Origin: an uncultured Pseudomonadota bacterium
GTDB taxonomy: Bacteria > Pseudomonadota > Alphaproteobacteria > RF32 > CAG-239
Length of the DNA: 64,000 nucleotides
Direction: 5' to 3'
Assembly (NCBI GenBank): GCA_949295005.1
Contig: CASFJL010000005.1
Location: 2,589-66,588 of the forward strand
The notes under the pieces are model-generated. The model did not search any database. It was not told where the DNA came from and saw nothing but the letters and a program-made list of their open reading frames with translations. This document shows positions 1 through 9,657 of the stretch, piece by piece. Both the position numbers and the translations under genes were made by a program. Position 1 is the first letter of the stretch, and each line of letters begins with the position of its first letter.

Positions 1-51
1 GGTTAAAAAAGTCATACCACATATTAGGGCGACCATAAATCTTCTTTTCAT
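1..51 (-). CDS. 5' end of a CDS running off the left edge (hydrophobic, signal-peptide-like N-terminus)
   Basis: Reverse-strand ATG at 51..49 opens MKRRFMVALICGMTFLT with no stop before position 1. Only 17 codons are visible, so no function can be assigned. Confidence 0.25.
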   Translation of the reverse strand, partial: MKRRFMVALICGMTFLT

Positions 52-175
52 TGCGCAACTCTTTATTTATTAATAAAAACTATTCTTTTACATTTATAAC
101 ATTATTTTATTTGAAATCAATAAAATTTTGGATAAATTATATTCAATTTGGTATGTTTTTAATCATGGAGTTGTC

Positions 176-931
176 ATGAATATTTTTCATATTTCTGATT
201 TGCACTTTAATTCTCATGACTTGGTGGTATTAGCTCATATTGAAAAAATATTTTCCCATATTGCGCAAAGTTCCATAAAACCAGACATTCTTTTAATTAC
301 CGGAGATATTCTTAATCGTGATTTTTGCGATTATAAACCTGTTTTTGATAAAATAAAAAAACTGAATATCCCTTTTTTATGTATTACCGGAAATCATGAT
401 AATTCTCAAAACTTAATACTCGCTCTTCAGACATATTGTCCTCATCACCCTTTGCCACAATCTTCTTCAAAACTTGATTATGTTTGTAATCAATTTCCTC
501 TCAAATTTATTGCCCTTGACACTTTTGAAGAAAACACTCCTGGAGGCAATTTGTCTGCTCATCAGCTTAAGTTTATGGAAAATGAAATTATAAACTCTGA
601 TAAACCTGTGGTCATTTTAATTCATCAATTTCCTTTATGGGCGGATTTAGATTTTTTTGATAAAAAAACCGGTGCTCCGTGGAGACAAAAATTTTGCAAT
701 ATTGTTAAACAGCATTCTGATAAAATTAAGCTCGTTGCTTGCGGTCATTTGCATAATCACCTTTCCGGATTAATTGATAAAACGCCCGTTGTATCTTCTT
801 TTAGCGCAAATTGGCAAGCGCATTTAGACTTTTTGCCCGTCAAATCCATGAAAAATGAAAATCTTTCCGTTGGATATATGATTCATCGTTATATAGATAA
901 TCAGATTATCTCTTATGCCGTTTGTTTGTAA
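176..931 (+). CDS. calcineurin-like metallophosphoesterase (CpdA/YfcE-type phosphodiesterase family)
   Basis: ORF-track 128..931 begins on TTG. The internal ATG at 176 has GGAG just upstream (167..170). Motifs ISDLHF, TGDILNR, TGNHD and GHLH occur in canonical order. Confidence 0.8.
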   Translation: MNIFHISDLHFNSHDLVVLAHIEKIFSHIAQSSIKPDILLITGDILNRDFCDYKPVFDKIKKLNIPFLCITGNHDNSQNLILALQTYCPHHPLPQSSSKLDYVCNQFPLKFIALDTFEENTPGGNLSAHQLKFMENEIINSDKPVVILIHQFPLWADLDFFDKKTGAPWRQKFCNIVKQHSDKIKLVACGHLHNHLSGLIDKTPVVSSFSANWQAHLDFLPVKSMKNENLSVGYMIHRYIDNQIISYAVCL

Positions 932-1024
932 TTTGTTACATTGATGAAATCTTTTGTGTTTTGCTTTTTTAGATAATTTTGCTTAGTATCTGAATCAGTT
1001 AAAACTTATCAAAGGATATATGTG

Positions 1025-2182
1025 ATGAATAAACCTAATAAACCTATCAACTTGTTTGATGTTCAAGCCTCTCAAAAAATTATCGGGCAAGAAAATTTTT
1101 TGAATGCTTTTCAAACTATTTTAAACCACGGTGGTTATGCTCAAGGCCCTGAAACAAAAGAACTAGATGAAAAACTCGCAAATTTCTGCGGTGCTAAATA
1201 TTGTTCTACTTGCGGCTCCGGTACTGATGCTTTAACTTTGGCTTTGATGGCTTGGGATGTTAAAGAAGGCGATGCTGTTTTTGTTTCTTCTTTCACTTTT
1301 GTTGCTTCTGCAGAATGTGCTGCTATTGTTGGCGCTACTCCTGTATTTGTAGATTCAAAACCAGATACATACACCATGGATCCTCAAGATTTGCAACGCG
1401 CTATTGATGAAGTTAAAAAAGAAGGAAAGCTCAATCCAAAAGTTGTTGTTGCCGTTGATATCTTTGGCTCTCCTTGCGAATATGATGAAATCATTAAAAT
1501 TGCTCACGCCAACGGCATGAAAGTTTTGTCTGACGCAGCTCAAAGCTTTGGTTCTGTTTATAAAGGCACAAAAACCGGTAATATTGCAGACATGACAGCT
1601 ACTTCTTTCTACCCAACCAAACCTTTGGCTTGTTATGGTGACGGCGGCGCCGTATTTACAAACTCTAATGAAGAAAATGAATTGGTTAAATCTTGCCGTG
1701 TTCATGGCATGAGCCCTGAAGATCACTATGATAATGTTCGCTTGGGTATGACCGGTCGTATGAATACTTTCCAAGCTGCCGTTGTTTTACAAAAATTGAA
1801 AGTTTTTGAACAAGAATTAAAAGATCGTTATACTATTGCTCAAAGATATGACAATGAGCTCAATGCTTATTTCAGAAAACAACGCATCTTAGATAATTGT
1901 CAATCTGCTTACGCTTTGTACACTATTAACTGTGATGACAGAGATGAATTAATGGCTTATTTGAAAGAAAACGGTATCCCTTGCGGTGCTTATTATCCTC
2001 GTCCGGTTCATACACAAACTGCTTATGCAAAGTGGAATACCCGCAAACTTCCGGTTTGTGAAAAACTTTCCAAAACCGTTCTCTCTATTCCAATGCATCC
2101 GTATTTGGACCGTGATGTTCAAGATTATATCATTGAGACTATGAATAAGTTTGCTGAAAATAAAATCTCTAAAGCGGCCTAA
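1025..2182 (+). CDS. DegT/DnrJ/EryC1/StrS-family PLP-dependent sugar aminotransferase
   Basis: The translation has GSGTDALTLAL, EGDAVFVSSFTFVASA and SFYPTKPL segments typical of the family. ATG at 1025 is preferred over GTG at 1022. Confidence 0.85.
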   Translation: MNKPNKPINLFDVQASQKIIGQENFLNAFQTILNHGGYAQGPETKELDEKLANFCGAKYCSTCGSGTDALTLALMAWDVKEGDAVFVSSFTFVASAECAAIVGATPVFVDSKPDTYTMDPQDLQRAIDEVKKEGKLNPKVVVAVDIFGSPCEYDEIIKIAHANGMKVLSDAAQSFGSVYKGTKTGNIADMTATSFYPTKPLACYGDGGAVFTNSNEENELVKSCRVHGMSPEDHYDNVRLGMTGRMNTFQAAVVLQKLKVFEQELKDRYTIAQRYDNELNAYFRKQRILDNCQSAYALYTINCDDRDELMAYLKENGIPCGAYYPRPVHTQTAYAKWNTRKLPVCEKLSKTVLSIPMHPYLDRDVQDYIIETMNKFAENKISKAA

Positions 2183-2208
2183 GTCGTTTTAGATAGTCTG
2201 AATGATAC

Positions 2209-2242
2209 AAAAAAAACTACCTGGTTTCAGGTAGTTTTTTTT
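2209..2242. terminator. bidirectional rho-independent terminator between convergent genes
   Basis: Stem AACTACCTG / CAGGTAGTT (2215..2223 / 2228..2236) with loop GTTT, an A-run on the left and a T-run on the right. It overlaps the stop codon of the minus-strand Sel1 gene. Confidence 0.6.
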
Positions 2243-3395
2243 GCGTTTCTTGCGTTATACCGTCTTCTATATATTTTCTGACATTTGTTCCAAATGTTTG
2301 TTTTATATATGTTGTAATAGAACTTGGTTTTGCCTTAAATGTTTCAGCCTGAGCTTGGGCTTGCAATAACTCTTCCATCTTTATACTTTTGCCTATTAAA
2401 TCTCTTTTTTCTGCCGCTTGAGGAACCCCTTGCGTTGCTGCTAAATTATACCAAATATGCGCTTGAACAATATTTTTGGGGTATCTTTTTCCTGAAGCCA
2501 AAATACCGGCCAACAACATCATGGCTTCTGTATTACCTTGAATGGCGGCCTTACTTAAGACTTTAACACCATTACTGTAATTTTGCGGCGTACCGTGTCC
2601 ATTCATATACATATTTGACAAAACTATCATTGCCTCATCAAAGCCCTTGTTAGCTGCCTCTTTAACTAACTTAAATGCTTGCAGATAGTCTTTTTCAACT
2701 ATAAATCCTTTATAATGCGCATATCCCAACATAAAACTTGCCGTAAAATTATTGGCATCTGATGCTTGTTTGAATAACTGCATTGCTTCTTTAGGACGAT
2801 ATAATTCCCCTTTTCCTGATAAATAGATAAATGCCAAATTGAGCATTGCTTCTGAATTGCCTAGACTTGCTGCTTTTGAAAACATTCTGGTTGCTTCTAA
2901 CAAATTTCTAGGTGTGCCTATTCCACTGTAATAAAGGCTCCCTAAATTGTTTATGGCAACAATATTATCTTGGGCGGCTGCTTTTTGGTAATATTGAAAA
3001 GACTTTTCATGATTTATGGTAATATTGTGTTCTTTATCTCCATATAAATACATATAACCCAGAGCTAAATCTGCATCAACATTCCCCTCATTTGACATTC
3101 GAATAAGCTTTTCCTCATAGGTTTCTTGCAAAGCTGTATTATCTTGAGTTTTCGTGTTATCTTTTAGCTCTTCTGGCTTTTTCTCTTTCCAAAACTGTAA
3201 AAATGAAAAAATACTACCTTCTTCTGCTTTTATTTCTTGAAGATTGGTTGGCTGAGTTTCTTCTTTGGCTTGCACACTTTCTTCTGATTGGATATTTACT
3301 ATATTATCCCCACTCAAGGAAAGAACGGCTTCTTGCGCACAAATATTATTACTCAAACAACAAAAAAATATCAGAAAAAATATTTTTCTTTGCAT
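2217..3395 (-). CDS. secreted Sel1-like (SLR) repeat protein
   Basis: N-terminal signal peptide MQRKIFFLIFFCCLSNNICA. There are at least 6 tandem about 36-aa repeats with the A..G...A...LG.(M/L)Y..G.G signature (e.g. GNVDADLALGYMYLYG, GNSEAMLNLAFIYLSGKG). Confidence 0.8.
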   Translation of the reverse strand: MQRKIFFLIFFCCLSNNICAQEAVLSLSGDNIVNIQSEESVQAKEETQPTNLQEIKAEEGSIFSFLQFWKEKKPEELKDNTKTQDNTALQETYEEKLIRMSNEGNVDADLALGYMYLYGDKEHNITINHEKSFQYYQKAAAQDNIVAINNLGSLYYSGIGTPRNLLEATRMFSKAASLGNSEAMLNLAFIYLSGKGELYRPKEAMQLFKQASDANNFTASFMLGYAHYKGFIVEKDYLQAFKLVKEAANKGFDEAMIVLSNMYMNGHGTPQNYSNGVKVLSKAAIQGNTEAMMLLAGILASGKRYPKNIVQAHIWYNLAATQGVPQAAEKRDLIGKSIKMEELLQAQAQAETFKAKPSSITTYIKQTFGTNVRKYIEDGITQETQKKLPETR

Positions 3396-3397
3396 CT

Positions 3398-5152
3398 TTA
3401 ACCTCTGTCTACAGCTCTTTTTTTTGCACTCATAATGTCTTTCAAAACTTTTCTTTTGCCTGACTTTTGTTTGTTTTGATAATATTGTTTTTTTATTAAA
3501 AATATCTTATGTACTCGAACTTTATTATCCAAAAGATGTTTTTTATCAACATTATTCATCATCTCAAGCTCATCTGCATCTATATTGCTTTCAGCAGAAA
3601 TATCTTCTTTATTTGATTCTATAACTTCATCAGCAAATCTTGCATCTTCATTGCCCATAATATAGCCATTGTATTTTGGTAATATATAAGCCAAATATCT
3701 TTGGGTTAAATCTTCTATTTGGCTCTCATTTACAACCAAGCCTAATGATTTTAATTCTTCATTATCGGTATTAAATCCCATGCTCAAATCAAAAGCCTTA
3801 AATGGTCTGTATATAAAATTGTCTTCTATAAATTTTGCAGAGACTTTATATATTGGCTGTTTTTCTTTGCTTATGGGGTTTATTGATTCTGCGTCATAAT
3901 CAATTGCATTGGCTTGCTTTGCATCTTCTAGCCTGAAAGCCTTGTCCATAACTTGTAAGTTATATGCTCTGATTTTGTCTTTATATTCTTTTTGGATTTC
4001 CATTTGGCGCTTAAAAATATTTAACTTTGCAATTTCTTTATCTCCATTCGTTAAATATTTTTTTTCATTTTCTTCCCAATAGCGCAAGCCCCTATCAGAC
4101 GTATTTTGCTTTGATACAAGCAATAAATCTGCATCTCTGGTTTCTGCATTTTCCACTCCCGCATATATTGTATGCGTTTTATAATCACCTTCATTTAATT
4201 TGGTGATTTTGATTTGAGTCTCTATGGCCACAAGGCAACCATTGATTTCCATATTAATATAAACTCGTTTTTCTCGATAGTTTTTTAATCCATAGGCTTT
4301 ATTGTCATTTTTATTATTATTAAAACTATCTTTGCTTTCTTTAGGGTTGACATGATATTCCGGTTTGTTTGTCAGCAAATCCATTGTCTCTGCTGTATCT
4401 GAATAATATTTTCTGGTAATAGTTAAGCGGAGCATATCTTTCAAGCGTTGGAACGGCTTTGCCAGTTTGCTGATTTCTACCTGTTTTTCTTCTTCTGAAA
4501 TATTTTTCTTGTTTATTTTTTCTATATCTTTGGCATATTGTTGATAATATTTTCCTCCCGGAGATATCATTTTTCCTTGTTTGTCATAAACAGGCAATTT
4601 TATTTTATCTATGGCTCGGTGAATATTTTTCATTCCCGGCATAATAACAAATATCGGATTATCTCTATAATCATAAAAAGTTAAGCGCATTGAAGTAAAC
4701 GGTGTAATATGTTTTGCCTGATATTCTTTATATTTGCTCATATTGTTATGATTATTATATTCTGCAAAACGCTCATTTTCTTCAATAATGCCTGTTTCTG
4801 GGTCTAAGGCATGAATTTCTTCCGGACCAATTTCTTCTCCGACTTCTTGTAATTTTTGAATTTTTCCGGGGCGATAAGTTTTCATCAATGTATAACAAAG
4901 GCTCTTATACATTGCTCTATATGCCTCCATCGGATTACCATATATAGAGCGCATATAATCTGCTGATTCTTTATCTATTATTTCTTTTTTTTCATAATCT
5001 GAAATTGTCTTTAGATTATAATCTTTGATTATATCCATAAGAGAATTTATTTCTCGAGCAGACAAATTTTCAATTTTTTGAGCGTTTAACTCAACTTTTC
5101 CGTTTTTTTTCAGGTTTTTTTTGACTTCTTGTACAATTTGTTGATAATCCAT
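3398..5152 (-). CDS. hypothetical protein, Lys/Asn/Glu-rich, 584 aa (see finding on a weak nucleotidyltransferase-like pattern)
   Basis: Long uninterrupted ORF tightly packed between the Sel1 gene and the flagellin terminator. I recognise no confident family. Spot GC is about 23-30%. Confidence 0.6.
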   Translation of the reverse strand: MDYQQIVQEVKKNLKKNGKVELNAQKIENLSAREINSLMDIIKDYNLKTISDYEKKEIIDKESADYMRSIYGNPMEAYRAMYKSLCYTLMKTYRPGKIQKLQEVGEEIGPEEIHALDPETGIIEENERFAEYNNHNNMSKYKEYQAKHITPFTSMRLTFYDYRDNPIFVIMPGMKNIHRAIDKIKLPVYDKQGKMISPGGKYYQQYAKDIEKINKKNISEEEKQVEISKLAKPFQRLKDMLRLTITRKYYSDTAETMDLLTNKPEYHVNPKESKDSFNNNKNDNKAYGLKNYREKRVYINMEINGCLVAIETQIKITKLNEGDYKTHTIYAGVENAETRDADLLLVSKQNTSDRGLRYWEENEKKYLTNGDKEIAKLNIFKRQMEIQKEYKDKIRAYNLQVMDKAFRLEDAKQANAIDYDAESINPISKEKQPIYKVSAKFIEDNFIYRPFKAFDLSMGFNTDNEELKSLGLVVNESQIEDLTQRYLAYILPKYNGYIMGNEDARFADEVIESNKEDISAESNIDADELEMMNNVDKKHLLDNKVRVHKIFLIKKQYYQNKQKSGKRKVLKDIMSAKKRAVDRG

Positions 5153-5227
5153 TGCGCTTCTCTTATTTTTCTTTCTCTAAAATCTTATTATAAAAAAAAT
5201 ATTCTTTTTTTTCAACCTGAAATATCT

Positions 5228-5263
5228 AAAAAAAAATCCCCTCGCATTGGCAGATGCGAGGGG
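5228..5263 (-). terminator. rho-independent terminator of the flagellin gene
   Basis: Perfect 10-bp GC-rich stem CCCCTCGCAT / ATGCGAGGGG (5238..5247 / 5254..5263) with a 6-nt loop. On the minus strand it is followed by a T-run (complement of the A-run at 5228..5236), 26 nt after the stop codon. Confidence 0.85.
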
Positions 5264-5288
5264 ACAGAATTTGTGTTTAATATGATTA

Positions 5289-6698
5289 TTAGAACAATTG
5301 TAATACTGATTGCGCAGCTTGAGAAGCTAAGCTCAATGAGTTAATAGCCAATTGTTGTCTGGTTTGCAATGCCAACATATTAGCAGATTCTTCGTTCATA
5401 TCAGCTAATACAAGCTTGTCTGAACCTTCTTCTAATACGTTAATCAAGTTTTCAGTAAAGTCTTCGCGGTTTTGAATAATGGAGTAGTTATTACCAAATT
5501 CAGAAGCCATTGTGCGAAGTCTGCTTATTGCATCTTCAACTTGAGTAATTGATGCGTCAATATCAGCATTTCTAAGCCAATCATTGCCAGCAGATTTCAA
5601 ACCTAAACCTTCTGAACTAGCATCAACACCCTTAACTTCCAAGTTTGAAGAACGGTCTTCATTGAAGATAACGGTCAAGTTGTTTTCTTGCAATAAGTTA
5701 ATACCTTTATATCCAGAGTCTTTGGCTAATGAGTCAATTTGAGCTAAAATCTCATTAAATTGTTTTGCATAATCAGCGCGATCTTCGTTAGGAAGATTTG
5801 GATCACCAACTTTTCTTTTTCCGGATAAGCCGGCAGCATCCAAAGCTTTTTGGCTTGCTTCATCACCGCCAAAAACACGAAATTCTTTATCAGGCGCAGT
5901 AATTTCAACGGTCATACCGTCAGCTACTGCGGTTACCCCACCTTGGTCATTTAATGCATCAGCAATACTAGCTGAGTTTTTACCTGTATCTGTATCAAGC
6001 TCAACTACTGCAGCGGCGTTACTACCACCGGCACCCATAATTTGACCAGCTGTAGCTCCACCAGTTTCTGTATTTACCCAAGAAATATCCGAACCATTTA
6101 AAGCTTTAATAGTCAAAGTAGTACCAGCAGCATCTGCTTGAACATCAAAACCAGCTTTTTGCAATTGAGTTGTTACTTCCGTAGCGACCGCTTTTGCACT
6201 AGCTTGTCCGCTAACATCAATTGTAACAGGGGCATCATCTCCTGCATAAATATCAAATTTTGCTGCAGCAGCATTACCCGTTAAATCTAATACGATGGTT
6301 CCCATATCTTCACGAGAATCAACGATTACTTTTTCTGCAATAACAGGTGATGTAATTTCATTACTACCGATTGCAAATTGGTCATAGGTGCTGGCAACGT
6401 CGCGTGCTGAGTTAGCAATAGCCTTTGCTTGTTGAGCAAAAGCAGTAATTGCCTCAATACCTTCGTTTGCGGCTTGAATGGTTTGGATTCCTTGACCCAT
6501 ACTATCTAACAACGCACTTAAGTCATTTGCGCGGTTGGTCAAAGATTGTGAAGTATAATATGAAGAAGGGTTATCAATTGCTGAGTTAACCTTCTTTCCA
6601 GTAGATAAGCGCTCTTGTGTCATATCCATCAAACTTTGTGTATTTTGCAATGACAACAAGTTTGAACGCATACTAGCTGTTAATGATATATCTGCCAT
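5289..6698 (-). CDS. flagellin
   Basis: Conserved N-terminus (LTASMRSNLLSLQNTQ...RLSTGKKVNSAIDNPSSY) and C-terminus (MLALQTRQQLAINSLSLASQAAQSVLQLF) flank a variable Ala/Gly/Thr-rich centre. A GGGAGA RBS lies upstream. Confidence 0.95.
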   Translation of the reverse strand: MADISLTASMRSNLLSLQNTQSLMDMTQERLSTGKKVNSAIDNPSSYYTSQSLTNRANDLSALLDSMGQGIQTIQAANEGIEAITAFAQQAKAIANSARDVASTYDQFAIGSNEITSPVIAEKVIVDSREDMGTIVLDLTGNAAAAKFDIYAGDDAPVTIDVSGQASAKAVATEVTTQLQKAGFDVQADAAGTTLTIKALNGSDISWVNTETGGATAGQIMGAGGSNAAAVVELDTDTGKNSASIADALNDQGGVTAVADGMTVEITAPDKEFRVFGGDEASQKALDAAGLSGKRKVGDPNLPNEDRADYAKQFNEILAQIDSLAKDSGYKGINLLQENNLTVIFNEDRSSNLEVKGVDASSEGLGLKSAGNDWLRNADIDASITQVEDAISRLRTMASEFGNNYSIIQNREDFTENLINVLEEGSDKLVLADMNEESANMLALQTRQQLAINSLSLASQAAQSVLQLF

Positions 6699-6730
6699 TT
6701 TTTTTCTCCCAATACTATGGTTTAAACATT

Positions 6731-6761
6731 ACTTGTGAAATGTTTTACTAACATTACAAGT
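6731..6761 (-). promoter_or_regulatory. stem-loop in the flagellin 5' leader (possible FlbT/translation-control target)
   Basis: ACTTGTGAAATGTT (6731..6744) pairs with AACATTACAAGT (6750..6761), giving a 12-bp stem with a 2-nt bulge, 33-63 nt upstream of the flagellin ATG. Confidence 0.35.
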
Positions 6762-6882
6762 ATCATATTAACACAAACTTAGCATCTTTTCAATGCTTAT
6801 TTTAACCCTTAACTCATTTTTTATTAAAATTTAGTTAAATATAATATATTTTAACCCCAAGTCTTGTATCTGCAAGCATTTT

Positions 6883-7290
6883 TTATGCTTCTTCCACATT
6901 ACCTTTTAATGCTTCTCCAAAAAGCTCATCTTCTTTTTTTATCAGCTTGTCTGCTGCTTTTATTGCGCCATAAAAATCTGAATTGATTACGCATTCATTT
7001 ATAGGCGTAATGTATGAAATTAAGCTTGGTGCCGCATTTTGCAGGTCTCTAACATATTCTATATATAAAGAGCTTAATTTTTCAGGATGATTAGATAAAT
7101 ACATTTGTTGAACAATGAAATATACCCTGCGACTCGGTGTATTGGCATCTTTTTCTCTTAAGATAAATTTTTCTCTTAAAATTGGCATTTTTCCTTCAAT
7201 GTAAAAGCGCGTCCTCTCTCCATCATTGGTAATCAATGCGTCTCCGATAATGATGCTTTCATGTGGTTTTAATTCTATTTTTAAAGGCAT
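6883..7290 (-). CDS. flbT: flagellin synthesis regulator FlbT
   Basis: MPLKIELKPHESIIIGDALITNDGERTRFYIEG... matches the FlbT family N-terminus. ATG at 7290 is preceded by GGAGAG. The ORF-track start at 7302 adds 4 residues. Confidence 0.85.
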   Translation of the reverse strand: MPLKIELKPHESIIIGDALITNDGERTRFYIEGKMPILREKFILREKDANTPSRRVYFIVQQMYLSNHPEKLSSLYIEYVRDLQNAAPSLISYITPINECVINSDFYGAIKAADKLIKKEDELFGEALKGNVEEA

Positions 7291-7416
7291 TTTTCTCTCC
7301 ATTTTACTTTTTTTTAAGAAAACTGCGCCTAGTATATCATTATTTTATTTTTAAAGGCAAATCTTTATTTGCTTATATTAGCAAGATATTAACTCTTTAT
7401 CAGGATTTTTGTTAAC

Positions 7417-7839
7417 ATGCCCGTTTGCTTAAAAGATTTTACACCTCAACAAGCCGAAATTTTTTTGGAGTCGCTTGCTTTTATGCTCCAACAAGATAAA
7501 AATGCCCCTATTGAAAAAACTCAATTTATTAAAATTCAGGCTATCAAACTTCAACACCCGCTCAAAGGTCTTAAATTCAAAACCGATAAGTGCGCTACTG
7601 AAATTGCCGTCTTGCTTAATAAAATTGACAATATTGTAATTAAACGCTATATCCTTTTGCAAATGATTATGCTCACCATCTCTGCTCATGAGCTACAAGA
7701 CAAAGAAGTTGACGTTATTTATGATATTGGTACTAAAGCCGGTATTTCAATTGACAAAATTGATGACTTTTTCTTGTGGGCGGCTAAAGGTGTGGAATGG
7801 CAAATCGAAGGTATGAAAATTGTTGAAGAAGACTTATAA
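7417..7839 (+). CDS. hypothetical protein (140 aa), apparently co-transcribed with uup
   Basis: The ORF ends 3 nt before the uup start. Only a weak TerB-like helical pattern is visible. It does not resemble FlaF. Confidence 0.55.
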   Translation: MPVCLKDFTPQQAEIFLESLAFMLQQDKNAPIEKTQFIKIQAIKLQHPLKGLKFKTDKCATEIAVLLNKIDNIVIKRYILLQMIMLTISAHELQDKEVDVIYDIGTKAGISIDKIDDFFLWAAKGVEWQIEGMKIVEEDL

Positions 7840-7842
7840 ATT

Positions 7843-9657
7843 ATGGTAACCGAACCTCCTATTTATGCTATTAAAGGTGCCGAACTTAGTTTCGGCACTA
7901 ATCATCTGTTTTCTGATGTTAATCTTTATATTAACCGCGGCGATAAAATTTCTCTTGTCGGCAGAAACGGCTCCGGAAAATCAACTCTGCTTAAGGTTAT
8001 TTCCGGTGTGATTGAACCTGACAACGGTGAAATTTTTATTCAGCCAGGGGTAAAGATTGCCTATATGCCTCAAGAACCTGATTTTTCTTCATACAAAACT
8101 CTCAGAGATGTTGTTCTCTCAGGTTTGCCTGATAATGGAAAAGGCTTGGAATATAAAGCTGATATGCTCATTCAACAATTTAGCATTGCTCAAGATGCCA
8201 CGCCTAACCAAGCCTCCGGCGGAGAAAGAAGGAAAGCCGCTTTGGCAAAAACACTCATCAATGAGCCAGACATCTTGCTCCTTGATGAACCGACAAACCA
8301 TCTGGATATTAATACAATTGAGATTTTGGAAAATATTATCAAAAATTTTTCAGGTGCCGTTGTGGTTATTTCTCATGACAGAATGTTCTTAAACAATATT
8401 TCTCAAACCACATTTTGGCTTGATAGAGGTATTTTAAGAAGAAACAATAAAGGTTTTGCTTTTTTTGAAGAATGGCAAAACCAAGTTATTGACCAAGAAA
8501 TTATTGAGCAAAAAAACTTAAATAAAAAACTGGAAGAAGAAACTGAGTGGCTCCACAAAGGCGTTACCGCCAGACGCAGAAGAAATCAGGGAAGATTGCG
8601 CCGCTTGCAACAACTTCGCCAAGAAAGAAAAGAACAAATTAAACAAATCGGCAATATCAACCTTAATGTTGAAGAAGGTGATTATCGCTCAAAATTGGTC
8701 ATTGAAGCTAAAAATATTTCAAAAGCTTTTGGTGATAAGCAAATTGTTAAAGACTTTTCAACCCGAATTATTAAGGGAAACAAAATCGGCATTGCCGGCC
8801 CTAACGGTGCCGGAAAAACAACACTCATCAAACTTTTGACCAAAAGATTGGAACCTGACAGCGGTTTTGTTAGAATCGGCAAAAATTTGGAAGAAGCTTA
8901 TTTTGACCAAAACAGACTTTCCCTTGACCCTAAAAAAACTCTTTGGCAAACTCTTTGCGACAAAGGTGACCATATTTTGGTCAGGGGACAATATCGCCAT
9001 GTGATTGCTTATTTGAAAGATTTTTTATTCCGTCCCGATCAAGCGCATTGTCCTGTTTCTGCCCTATCGGGGGGAGAAAAAAACAGACTTATGCTTGCTA
9101 AAGCTCTTGCTCAACCTTCTAACTTTTTGGTCTTAGATGAACCTACCAACGATTTGGATATGGATACCTTAGACTTATTGCAAGAAGTTTTGTCTGATTA
9201 TGAAGGAACCATGCTGATTGTTAGCCACGATAGAGACTTTTTAGACAGGGTTGTCACTTCGGTTATTTATATGAAAGGTGATGGCAGCGTCTTTGAAAAC
9301 GCAGGAAGTTATAGTGAGATTTTGCAAAAGATTAAAACTCAAACACCTATTAATACTCCTGACAAAAAAGCTCAAACTCAAGCAAAGTCCACTGAGGATA
9401 ATCGCCCCAAGAAGCAAGCCAAACTTAGTTACAATCAGCAAAGATTGTTAGAAATTTTACCGCAAAAAGTTGAAGATTTAGAACAAAAAATTTCTTCTAT
9501 TGAGCAAAAACTCGGTGATGCAAATCTTTATACCAATAATCGCGGAGAATTTGAAAATTTAAGCAAAGAACTAGCCTCATTGAAAATTGAAGTTGAAAAA
9601 GCTGAAAACCAATGGTTGGAATTGCAAGAACTTAAAGAAAATCTTGAAATCAATTAA
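7843..9657 (+). CDS. uup: ABC-F family ATPase Uup
   Basis: Two ABC cassettes (GRNGSGKST / LSGGERRK / LLLDEPTNHLD and GPNGAGKTT / LSGGEKNR / LVLDEPTNDLD), an Arg-rich linker (ARRRRNQGRLRRL) and a C-terminal coiled coil with KLSYNQQRLLE, as in Uup. Confidence 0.85.
   Translation: MVTEPPIYAIKGAELSFGTNHLFSDVNLYINRGDKISLVGRNGSGKSTLLKVISGVIEPDNGEIFIQPGVKIAYMPQEPDFSSYKTLRDVVLSGLPDNGKGLEYKADMLIQQFSIAQDATPNQASGGERRKAALAKTLINEPDILLLDEPTNHLDINTIEILENIIKNFSGAVVVISHDRMFLNNISQTTFWLDRGILRRNNKGFAFFEEWQNQVIDQEIIEQKNLNKKLEEETEWLHKGVTARRRRNQGRLRRLQQLRQERKEQIKQIGNINLNVEEGDYRSKLVIEAKNISKAFGDKQIVKDFSTRIIKGNKIGIAGPNGAGKTTLIKLLTKRLEPDSGFVRIGKNLEEAYFDQNRLSLDPKKTLWQTLCDKGDHILVRGQYRHVIAYLKDFLFRPDQAHCPVSALSGGEKNRLMLAKALAQPSNFLVLDEPTNDLDMDTLDLLQEVLSDYEGTMLIVSHDRDFLDRVVTSVIYMKGDGSVFENAGSYSEILQKIKTQTPINTPDKKAQTQAKSTEDNRPKKQAKLSYNQQRLLEILPQKVEDLEQKISSIEQKLGDANLYTNNRGEFENLSKELASLKIEVEKAENQWLELQELKENLEIN

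Noticed and set aside
1141-1774. Antisense or alternative-frame ORFs of 60-140 aa nested inside long conserved genes (here inside the aminotransferase; similar ones lie inside uup, mscK, asd, nrdD, tgt, tkt, der and the integrase)
   Set aside because: Each lies wholly within a gene with strong family motifs on the other strand or frame, lacks an RBS and has low-complexity composition. I treat them as non-coding.
7417-7839. The 140-aa ORF divergent from flbT as FlaF
   Set aside because: The position is suggestive, but the sequence shows none of the FlaF N-terminal pattern I remember. It is also tightly coupled to uup (3-nt gap) rather than to flagellar genes.
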